Part shown: positions 7,998 to 15,399 of the stretch, in pieces
Layout of the letters: each line of letters opens with the position of its first letter
Numbering within the stretch: the stretch's first letter is position 1
Virus record (IMG/VR): IMGVR_UViG_3300025803_002109
DNA from: an uncultured virus (IMG/VR IMGVR_UViG_3300025803_002109)
Taxonomy: Duplodnaviria; Heunggongvirae; Uroviricota; Caudoviricetes
DNA: 20,000 bases
Direction: 5' to 3' (one strand)
The notes under the pieces: generated by a model
Databases searched by the model: none
Told to the model about the DNA's origin: nothing
Seen by the model: the letters and a program-made list of their open reading frames with translations, nothing else
Translations under genes and position numbers: made by a program

Positions 7998-9446
7998 ATG
8001 AGCATGATGCCACCTAATGATATTAAAACTAATTCTAAAAGCAATAAAATATTAATCAACACTCCGGTAGGAAAAATTGATATTGATGGTAGTTCTATTG
8101 CGGAACTAGTTAAAAGTATTAAACTAGATCTTGATGCTAATAGAGAAACCGATATCATGGATGTAGAGATTTCTAAATTTATTGATATTACAACTCAAGA
8201 ATTAGAACACAAAATGGAAGATGTGATGGAAAATGAATTTCCAACTCTAATAGAGGGTATGATGCGGTATATTAATTTACATTTCGATATAGTAGAAATT
8301 ACTAATTCTACAAATCATCATTTAGGTGGGCAAATTTGCTCTCCAGTTTATCACGATTTCTTGCTAAAAGGTAATAGATACAAAGTTCCTTTGAAAGCCA
8401 TTCTAATGTTAGAGCATAAAGAATCTAAAGAGAGATTCGCAATTTGGTTAATACCTTACGATGGCCTTAACATAGATCTAAGAATAATCTTTGATGGAGG
8501 TGGCGTAATCGGAAAAGATTTTTGGAATGATTTTCAAGAATGGTATTGGGACGGAAACACTCTATTAAAAAATGCCACCTTTTATGGAGATTTAAAGTTC
8601 ATTGAATCCGATGTTAATTATGATTGGGATGATATTATTCTTACTAAGGAACACCGTGCCGCCTTAGAAAGACATATTATTGATTTCTTTACTCACATGG
8701 AATTGTTTAGAAACAACGGACAAAATTTAAGTAGAGGAGTTTTACTTAATGGTCCTCCTGGAACTGGAAAAACTTTAACTGCAAACATTCTTAGAAATAG
8801 TATTAAAGATATTACTACTATTGTCGTTACTAGAGATCACATTGAAGAATTAGGAGACATTTCTAGAGTCTATAAAATAGCCTCTAAACTAGCACCCTCT
8901 CTAGTTATCTTAGAAGATCTAGATACTATTGGAGGAATTTCTAGAATGTCTGGAGATCACCCCTTACTCGGAGAATTTTTGAATGCATTATCTGGAATAG
9001 AATCTAATGTTGGAGTCGTTACTTTAGCCACCACTAATCATGCTGACAAATTAGATTGGGCTTTAGTAGATAGACCGGGAAGATTCGATTCTCGAATAGA
9101 GTTAGGATATCCTAATGCATCCGTTAGAAAAAGAATTCTACAGAAATATTTGGATCCATTGAACTGTGATAAAAATTTAGATATGACTTATATTGTTAGA
9201 AAATCTGAACAAATGTCCGGAGCCTATCTAGAAGAAGTAATTAGGAATGCTTTTCAAAATGCATTAGAAAGAGTAAATTATCAACAAGGAAAATATAAAA
9301 TTAGTCAGGAAGACATAGAACTTTCCCTAGAAAGAATATTAAAACAAAGAAAAAATACTCTGATGGAAATCAATAGAAATGGTTTTGATCTTCCGTCTAT
9401 GACAGACGATGATGAATTTGCAGAACATGAAGATTTCTATCAGTGA
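7998..9446 (+). CDS. Classical-clade AAA+ ATPase (single AAA module, Cdc48/PAN/FtsH-like) with an unknown N-terminal region
   Basis: WDDIIL, Walker A GPPGTGKT, Walker B LVILEDLD, sensor-1/SRH ATTNHADKLDWALVDRPGRFD, lid MSGAYL. Confidence 0.93.
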   Translation: MSMMPPNDIKTNSKSNKILINTPVGKIDIDGSSIAELVKSIKLDLDANRETDIMDVEISKFIDITTQELEHKMEDVMENEFPTLIEGMMRYINLHFDIVEITNSTNHHLGGQICSPVYHDFLLKGNRYKVPLKAILMLEHKESKERFAIWLIPYDGLNIDLRIIFDGGGVIGKDFWNDFQEWYWDGNTLLKNATFYGDLKFIESDVNYDWDDIILTKEHRAALERHIIDFFTHMELFRNNGQNLSRGVLLNGPPGTGKTLTANILRNSIKDITTIVVTRDHIEELGDISRVYKIASKLAPSLVILEDLDTIGGISRMSGDHPLLGEFLNALSGIESNVGVVTLATTNHADKLDWALVDRPGRFDSRIELGYPNASVRKRILQKYLDPLNCDKNLDMTYIVRKSEQMSGAYLEEVIRNAFQNALERVNYQQGKYKISQEDIELSLERILKQRKNTLMEINRNGFDLPSMTDDDEFAEHEDFYQ

Positions 9447-9520
9447 AGACACTGCAGGTTCAACAAAGAGATTTTGGTTTTTGAACTTTCATCCTAAGCG
9501 TATATTTTCAAGGCAATACA

Positions 9521-9528
9521 TTAAATAG
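9521..9528 (+). promoter_or_regulatory. TATA-like promoter TTAAATAG
   Basis: 29 nt before ATG 9550. Confidence 0.75.
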
Positions 9529-9549
9529 TAGCACAACATAAAATACACC

Positions 9550-10347
9550 ATGTCCAGAAAAACTGGTTCCGCAAAAAACTGTATATTTTGTGATATGGGA
9601 TCCATGAGTGGATCAAAAGATGTTAAATTGTATCGAGGTTTAGATGGTGATGAGTATGTTCATACAATCGCTGTCTGTGATTCATGTGCTGATATAGATG
9701 CTATGAAAGCCGAAGAAACTCCGGTAGTTCCTGATCCATCATCATTCCCTCAAGGTTCAGGTCGAGTTCTCGGCCAGCAAACTGATAACTCTAATTTGAC
9801 CCCTCTACACGCTGAAAGCCAAATGAATGAATACGAAGATTTCCCTCGACAAAACGCTGAAATCAGCGGTGTCGATTTTATGGGTGCAGAATCTGATTCA
9901 CCTTCCGGAGATGTAATCAAATCACAACCGATGGATTATTCTCCTGCAGAAGATCAATTATTCGATGAATCTGTAGTTCAAGATGAACAAGATGGAGGAG
10001 TAGACTTTATGAATGCAGAATCTCCATTAGAAGAATCACCATTAACTGAAAATCCTTCTACTGCTGAACCCTCTGATATGGGCGGTCCAGAAGATTTCTC
10101 TGCTGAAACCCAAGCCCAAGCCGCATCTATGATGAGTTCTCATGTAGTTCCGGCACCATTAGGAAGGGGAGTAGAATTTGATTTAGGTGCAGAAAATTCT
10201 GATGCACAATTAGTTACTATAGACAATCCAGTTATGACTGGGGCTAAAATGGCTCTAGGAGTTGTTGCTCTTAACGCTACCGCATTAATAGGAATTTCAC
10301 TAATTGGAATGGCTATCGGTGCTTCTGTTAAAAAAATGGATGATTAA
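9550..10347 (+). CDS. Protein with an N-terminal Zn-ribbon-like CxxC...CxxC, an acidic array of AE-delimited peptides and a C-terminal TM anchor
   Basis: CIFC...CDSC; MKAE, LHAE, MGAE, MNAE, FSAE, LGAE; hydrophobic C-terminus. Confidence 0.8.
   Translation: MSRKTGSAKNCIFCDMGSMSGSKDVKLYRGLDGDEYVHTIAVCDSCADIDAMKAEETPVVPDPSSFPQGSGRVLGQQTDNSNLTPLHAESQMNEYEDFPRQNAEISGVDFMGAESDSPSGDVIKSQPMDYSPAEDQLFDESVVQDEQDGGVDFMNAESPLEESPLTENPSTAEPSDMGGPEDFSAETQAQAASMMSSHVVPAPLGRGVEFDLGAENSDAQLVTIDNPVMTGAKMALGVVALNATALIGISLIGMAIGASVKKMDD
10015..10107 (+). repeat. 93-nt coding cassette, copy 1 (AESPLEESPLTENPSTAEPSDMGGPEDFSAE)
   Basis: Matches 12341-12433 at 83 of 93 nt by manual alignment. Confidence 0.95.
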
Positions 10348-10377
10348 ATTGGAGAACATACTGTAGGTGTATTAATT

Positions 10378-10731
10378 ATGGATAAGAAAACAATCATTGT
10401 TGCCGGAGTAATTACGGGTGCCTTAGCATATCATTTTGGATTAATCGATAGTTTAATGACTATTATTAACTCTTTTACTAATAAAGAATCAAAAGCCGCA
10501 GATTCCGGAGTAGGTTCTGCTCCTTTATCCATCAATCGTGATGTTGGGTCTGTGTCTCAAGTAATGACAGATGTAGATCAATTAAATGGAATGGCTCACG
10601 GACAGAATGCTCGCAATTTTGGAGTGTCTGGTTCTCACGGACTCACTCCAGGTCTTGAAGCCTTTATCGATCGTGCTACCGTTGGATCTTTCGGTCAGAA
10701 TTTTGATGGACGCTCTGTGGGGCTAACTTAA
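10378..10731 (+). CDS. Small N-anchored membrane protein
   Basis: AGGTG RBS, N-terminal TM, G/S-rich tail. Confidence 0.75.
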   Translation: MDKKTIIVAGVITGALAYHFGLIDSLMTIINSFTNKESKAADSGVGSAPLSINRDVGSVSQVMTDVDQLNGMAHGQNARNFGVSGSHGLTPGLEAFIDRATVGSFGQNFDGRSVGLT

Positions 10732-10758
10732 AAAACTGATACGAGAGGTGAAAAATAA

Positions 10759-11346
10759 ATGGTAGTTGATTTTGCAGAACTAAGAAATAAAATTCTCGCT
10801 GGCGAAAACGATGTTGAAGCGGAGGCTTTACCAACACCAATACGTGCCGAACTTCGTGAAGATAATATGACTTTATTTTCTATTCTTTTAGGTGGATCGC
10901 TTTTAGGTGTTTCTATGTTAGATCGTGCCAAACATGAAGGTGCAATATTTACTACTGCTAATGGCACAAATTATGGTCCATTGGCTGACGCTTTAGGTTT
11001 TGGTTCGTTTTTATTCGGCATGGGTAGATTATCTCGAGGACTACAAGCCCAAGAAGAGATTGAAAACTACGAACAACTAGTTACTGAAGCCGAAAGTTAT
11101 GTAACTAATATGAGTCAAGAAATGGAAGAAATGGCCGCTGAAGCAGAAGAAAAAGAAGAAGAAGCAGCCCAGGCTAAAAAAGAAAAACCACAACAATTAG
11201 ATTTAATTGGCCGTAATTGGAACACTCACGTTCCAGCAGGTGGCTTTGCTGATTTCGGATCTATAGGTAATATGCACGGATCCGCTGTCGGGCAACAACC
11301 AGTTTTCTACCGAAAAGGTGCAAATAGTAGTCCATTCAGTTACTAA
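10759..11346 (+). CDS. 2-TM membrane protein with an acidic coiled coil
   Basis: GAGGTGA RBS, two hydrophobic segments, E/A-rich helix. Confidence 0.8.
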   Translation: MVVDFAELRNKILAGENDVEAEALPTPIRAELREDNMTLFSILLGGSLLGVSMLDRAKHEGAIFTTANGTNYGPLADALGFGSFLFGMGRLSRGLQAQEEIENYEQLVTEAESYVTNMSQEMEEMAAEAEEKEEEAAQAKKEKPQQLDLIGRNWNTHVPAGGFADFGSIGNMHGSAVGQQPVFYRKGANSSPFSY

Positions 11347-11392
11347 GTTTATCGTATACTAAATAATAGAGTTTAGTATAAATTACCAAGTA

Positions 11393-11400
11393 TTAAATAG
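11393..11400 (+). promoter_or_regulatory. TATA-like promoter TTAAATAG
   Basis: 30 nt before ATG 11423. Confidence 0.75.
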
Positions 11401-11422
11401 ACGAAAGGAGTTATACTATACC

Positions 11423-12700
11423 ATGAAGCGTCAAGTTTATTGTGTAGGTCTACGGAAAAAGGTAGAAGCAGATATTGATGACATTATAGCCATCGATGGT
11501 AAGCGTGGCACAAAATATCAAGGTATAGGATCATATACTGAGGAATCTACTGGTAAAACATATACTATCAAATCCTGGGTTTCAAAATCCGATTACGAAA
11601 ATATGCACGGCAAGGTTTCAGAAGTTGTTTCTGAAGTTGTTTCTGAACCTCAAGTTATGGAAGTCATGGCTGCGGAATCTGAAGAATTTATTGGTGCAAA
11701 TAAGGATGCGGCAGATCCTCTCGCCGCAGATCCGGTTGCCGAATCGCCAGTGGCGGATGATTCATCAACGCCGCAAGAATCAGCACCGGCAAGTAATAAC
11801 TCTTACTTCTTAAGTGAAGATGTAGTGGCTGATGCTATGCAAGAAATGGATGCTGAAGTTATGTTCGAAGCCACAATGGAAAGCATAGATATGATTTCTG
11901 AGGCTCGAGCAGTTAATGCCATTGAATCCTCTCCTGGAATTAAAGGAATAGTTGTCGGACCTACCTATCTAAGATTTATAGGTGGATCATCTTCTAAATA
12001 TCATTTGTTTGCTGTAGTAGAGAGAGTTTCTGGAAGTTTCCAAGCAGTCAATGCTTATGGTCGCCGAGGAGGTTATCCTACTGTATGGACTTCTCCGTTT
12101 TACTCTACTGAATCTGAAGCAATTCGTGCTATGAACAACAAAATGAAAACTAAAACTCGAAAGGGTTATGATAAAATGGGTGCTGAAGAATTCTTTGCTT
12201 GGATGGCTGAAGACCAGGCCGTATCCGTAGAGAATCCTGAAGTATCTAATGCAGAAGGTTCTGCTGGCGACCAAATAGTTTCTTGGGAAAATGATGCTGG
12301 AGTTTCCTCCCCATCTTCTCCACCAAATAATATTATGTGGGCTGAGTCTCCATTAGAAGAATCCCCATTAACTGAAAATCCTTCTACTGATGGTCCATCT
12401 GATATGGGCGGTCCAGAAGATTTCTCAGCGGATGTCGATCTAGAAGAAGGTGAAAAACTAACTATCGAAAAAGATAGCGGTCGCAGTAAAAAGGTATTAG
12501 TAGGACTATTAATGCTAGGTGGATTATATGCGGCTTGGTCGCAAAGTGATGCAATTTTAGATTTCTATGAAAAGGTAGTCGGAGATGAATCCTCAGAAGT
12601 TGAAGGCTGTATGGATGAAACTGCTGAAAATTATAATCCGGATGCAACTGTAGATGATGGTTCCTGCGTTTCTGACTCCAATTCCAGTTCTGTCGAATGA
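11423..12700 (+). CDS. Mosaic membrane-anchored protein: small basic N-terminal domain, WGR domain, AE-delimited peptides, TM, GCMD repeat
   Basis: WGR-like segment YLRFIGGSSSKYH...AYGRRG...SEAIRAMNNKMKTKTRKGY (~11966-12175); TM VLVGLLMLGGLYAAW; GCMDETAENYNPDATVDDGSC. Confidence 0.8.
   Translation: MKRQVYCVGLRKKVEADIDDIIAIDGKRGTKYQGIGSYTEESTGKTYTIKSWVSKSDYENMHGKVSEVVSEVVSEPQVMEVMAAESEEFIGANKDAADPLAADPVAESPVADDSSTPQESAPASNNSYFLSEDVVADAMQEMDAEVMFEATMESIDMISEARAVNAIESSPGIKGIVVGPTYLRFIGGSSSKYHLFAVVERVSGSFQAVNAYGRRGGYPTVWTSPFYSTESEAIRAMNNKMKTKTRKGYDKMGAEEFFAWMAEDQAVSVENPEVSNAEGSAGDQIVSWENDAGVSSPSSPPNNIMWAESPLEESPLTENPSTDGPSDMGGPEDFSADVDLEEGEKLTIEKDSGRSKKVLVGLLMLGGLYAAWSQSDAILDFYEKVVGDESSEVEGCMDETAENYNPDATVDDGSCVSDSNSSSVE
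12341..12433 (+). repeat. 93-nt coding cassette, copy 2 (AESPLEESPLTENPSTDGPSDMGGPEDFSAD)
   Basis: Near-identical to 10015-10107. Confidence 0.95.
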
Positions 12701-12722
12701 AGTTTACTTGCTTCGCAATTCA

Positions 12723-12730
12723 TTAAATAG
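12723..12730 (+). promoter_or_regulatory. TATA-like promoter TTAAATAG, followed by an inverted repeat at 12737-12760
   Basis: Exact motif; CACTAACTTA-atct-TGAGTTAGTG covers the expected start site. Confidence 0.7.
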
Positions 12731-12766
12731 TAGAGTCACTAACTTAATCTTGAGTTAGTGTTCATT

Positions 12767-13285
12767 ATGACGACAATTTTTAATTCTGCTGGCACCGGTT
12801 ACAACATTACTTGCGATCCTGGCACTTTGTATAATAGAAAATGTTATGTAAATGTTCATAATCCTCCCGGTTGTGACCCAGCGGATCCGGCTTGCACCGT
12901 AACACAACAAGAAATTATCGGTTATTCTGATAAAGGAGATCCCATTTCTAAGGCTCCCAGTTCTTCTTCTTGGATTGCTTGGGTGCCAACTTTGACTACT
13001 TTAGACGATAGCGGAACTGCTTATCAACCTTATGGTGAAACCGGTTTGCCTTATGGAAGCGGGGCTATTGCTACCAGTGCTGGCACGACTGATGTTACTG
13101 GAGACTCGACAACCGGATCTGAAAAACCCTCTGCTATGCAAGACAATAATCCAGGGGGAAGTTCTTCAGAGGGTTCTGAAGTTTCAGCCTCTACAATTCA
13201 AGTTGTCGCCGGAATTACTTTATTCTCTGCTGCTGCCTATGGAATAAAATCCTGGTATGATGCTCGTGGCGGAAAACTATTTTAA
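12767..13285 (+). CDS. Cys-containing protein with an S/T/G linker and C-terminal TM anchor (alternative start GTG 12758)
   Basis: Four Cys in the N-terminal part; C-terminal IQVVAGITLFSAAAYGI. Confidence 0.75.
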   Translation: MTTIFNSAGTGYNITCDPGTLYNRKCYVNVHNPPGCDPADPACTVTQQEIIGYSDKGDPISKAPSSSSWIAWVPTLTTLDDSGTAYQPYGETGLPYGSGAIATSAGTTDVTGDSTTGSEKPSAMQDNNPGGSSSEGSEVSASTIQVVAGITLFSAAAYGIKSWYDARGGKLF

Positions 13286-13310
13286 CTGAGGAAGTAAGGA
13301 GGGTCTTGAA
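13285..13310 (+). repeat. 26-bp exact direct repeat, copy 2; contains the GGAGG RBS of gene 13313
   Basis: Identical to 2186-2211. Confidence 0.95.
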
Positions 13311-13312
13311 AC

Positions 13313-13762
13313 ATGGTTTGGAATTTTTTGGAATCTATTAGTCCATCGAAAATAAAACCTATTATCGGACCTTATTTCTATCCAAATAATATTTTACCTT
13401 CTGGTGGTGCCGATCCACAAGATTGGCAATATTTAGAATATTCTATGCCTGGTGCTGTGTCTCGCCGTATGACTAATACTCGTGTTTGCGATCCTCTGTG
13501 GCCGGTTTTTGGATGCAAAACTTCAGACGAAATTGGAGAACATACTGCAGTAGTTCCAAAAAATGAATTACCACCTCAATATCAAGCCGAAGAAGAAAAT
13601 GCTGATTTGGATGTATCTGCTATGAGTGATATAGAACAATTATCCATGATGACTGGATATTCCACATTTACTGTTTATGGTCTGACTATCTTAGGCTTCG
13701 GTGTTTTTATGGTTGGAGCCGGTCGTCTGCTTAAGTGGGTTGAAGATAATGAGGAGGTTTGA
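13313..13762 (+). CDS. Membrane protein with C-terminal TM
   Basis: GGAGG RBS; YQAE precedes the TM VYGLTILGFGVFMVGAG. Confidence 0.75.
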   Translation: MVWNFLESISPSKIKPIIGPYFYPNNILPSGGADPQDWQYLEYSMPGAVSRRMTNTRVCDPLWPVFGCKTSDEIGEHTAVVPKNELPPQYQAEEENADLDVSAMSDIEQLSMMTGYSTFTVYGLTILGFGVFMVGAGRLLKWVEDNEEV

Positions 13763-13764
13763 TT

Positions 13765-14085
13765 ATGGGAACACCACCAAATAAATCGAAAAAAACTACG
13801 GCTGTAAAGACAGACGAAGTAAAATCTATCAATAATAAATTTGCTGAAGAAATTTCTCAAAGAAAAGAATTTGGTAGATCTTCTTGGATGGCTCTTTTAG
13901 TTCCTGCAGTGGGAACTTTTGCAGTTTTTAGTTCTTTAATGTTAAACATTGTAAGAACTTATCAGAAACATGGATTCCCTGAAGATTCTTTAAGGCAAAG
14001 AGATATAGTAATTATTGCTATTCCGGCATTACTTATCGGATATGCAACTTTAGAAGCAATAGAAATTATGGAAAGTGAGGGGTGA
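13765..14085 (+). CDS. Small 2-TM membrane protein
   Basis: ATG 13765 fits GGAGG at 13753-13757; two hydrophobic helices. Confidence 0.75.
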   Translation: MGTPPNKSKKTTAVKTDEVKSINNKFAEEISQRKEFGRSSWMALLVPAVGTFAVFSSLMLNIVRTYQKHGFPEDSLRQRDIVIIAIPALLIGYATLEAIEIMESEG

Positions 14086-14089
14086 TATT

Positions 14090-14368
14090 ATGATAAAATT
14101 AGATAAAAATGATTTGACGACAATTGTAGGAGCCGCCGTATTCGTAACTTTTATGTTAGAAAATTGGGTAAATCATTCTGTGGCTGAGGCTGAAGAACAA
14201 AATATTACTTTTTTGAAAGCATTATCCACACCTCCACCTGCTGGAGTTTTTGCAGGTATGGCGGTCGTAACTATATTTTTCAGTGCGATTAGTGCTTACT
14301 TGGCGGAAAAAACTACTGAGTTAGTAATTGATTCTAGTTTTTATGTTGACGAGACTCCAGTAGAATAA
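14090..14368 (+). CDS. Small 2-TM membrane protein
   Basis: ATG 14090 follows the GGGGTGA RBS; two hydrophobic helices. Confidence 0.75.
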   Translation: MIKLDKNDLTTIVGAAVFVTFMLENWVNHSVAEAEEQNITFLKALSTPPPAGVFAGMAVVTIFFSAISAYLAEKTTELVIDSSFYVDETPVE

Positions 14369-14415
14369 ATTTACCAGTGGAGAAGTATTACATACTAAAG
14401 AGTTAATATAAAACT

Positions 14416-14859
14416 ATGTCCCCTCCTAAAGAGAATTGGATTGATTATCTTCGTTCTAAACGGGAGCAGTTTTTAATGAATCGTAAAAGCAATCTAGGAT
14501 TAGATTATCTACATGATACTAAATCTTGGGATGCTATCTTTGAACAGGAGTGGATCGTTTTACAAGGAAAGTTAATTGCTCCCGATGATTTAAATAATTT
14601 ACCAGAAAATATTACAGAATTGATCGAACCAGTTCAAACTCCAGAGATCATTGAGAAGATTGAAATAGGTGAACACCTAATTAACTTATACTACTACGAA
14701 GATTTTATCATGCTTTCCAATCAGGGAATTTTTAGAGAACCAAGATTTTTAATAGACAAGGGTCGTAAATGGGAGAAGAAGGCAATTGAATCCGTAACGC
14801 AGTATGGATATCAACATATTGGATTTCACAAAGAATATTTAGAATTCATGGAGGCATAA
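14416..14859 (+). CDS. Hypothetical soluble protein, 147 aa
   Basis: ORF in the gene-dense run; weak box TTACATAC 28 nt upstream. Confidence 0.7.
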   Translation: MSPPKENWIDYLRSKREQFLMNRKSNLGLDYLHDTKSWDAIFEQEWIVLQGKLIAPDDLNNLPENITELIEPVQTPEIIEKIEIGEHLINLYYYEDFIMLSNQGIFREPRFLIDKGRKWEKKAIESVTQYGYQHIGFHKEYLEFMEA

Positions 14860-14862
14860 GTT

Positions 14863-15345
14863 ATGGACGATTACGAAAAACTTTCTGATATTAAATTCGT
14901 TACTGGTCCGCAGATGTTAGTAATGATTATTACTATTGCGGTTGTGCTGCAATCATTTTCTTATTTTGTAAATCCTACTGCTTGGATCAACTGGCAATTA
15001 TTAGTTTTTATTACTAGCACAAATTTAGGGGCAGTTATTTTGGCCATTCTAGCCCAAAACTCCGCAGACGATATCGCAGCAGTGCAAAGAAAATTATTTA
15101 CTCCTAGTTTTTATCGTTCTATGAATGCACTTTCTAAATTGCATGGTTTGCTCGAACAGGAAGCCCAAAAGAAAGGTAATAATATTGATGAAGAAATAGA
15201 AGATTTAGCACCAAAACTTTATGGTTTATTTAGAGCCTATGTTGATGTAAAGGCGAGTCAAGAAAAAATAATTCCTCCGGATCCGATCGTAGAAAAACCT
15301 CCTTTAGTGTATCAAGAGGATGACTTGTTTCTAGTCAAGGAATAA
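14863..15345 (+). CDS. 2-TM membrane protein with a helical C-terminal domain
   Basis: GGAGG RBS; two N-terminal TM helices. Confidence 0.75.
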   Translation: MDDYEKLSDIKFVTGPQMLVMIITIAVVLQSFSYFVNPTAWINWQLLVFITSTNLGAVILAILAQNSADDIAAVQRKLFTPSFYRSMNALSKLHGLLEQEAQKKGNNIDEEIEDLAPKLYGLFRAYVDVKASQEKIIPPDPIVEKPPLVYQEDDLFLVKE

Positions 15346-15354
15346 TGGAATCTT

Positions 15355-15362
15355 TTAAGTAG
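15355..15362 (+). promoter_or_regulatory. TATA-like promoter TTAAGTAG (short leader with RBS)
   Basis: Matches the consensus; AGGTGA at 15389-15394 precedes ATG 15400. Confidence 0.6.
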
Positions 15363-15399
15363 TAGGAAGTAGTAACAAAATACAGACAAGGTGACTACA

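Noticed and set aside
7998..9446. AAA ATPase as genome-packaging ATPase, or as ftsH/pan/cdc48
   Set aside because: The motifs are classical AAA rather than FtsK/HerA/A32 or terminase. There is no TM or HExxH protease domain, no second AAA ring and no clear orthology, so no gene symbol is given.
9456..9488. Imperfect hairpin with T-rich tract after the AAA gene
   Set aside because: Plausibly an ordinary terminator, but too weak to call.
2186..13310. 26-bp repeat as a CRISPR repeat
   Set aside because: Only two copies, 11 kb apart, with no spacer array or cas genes.
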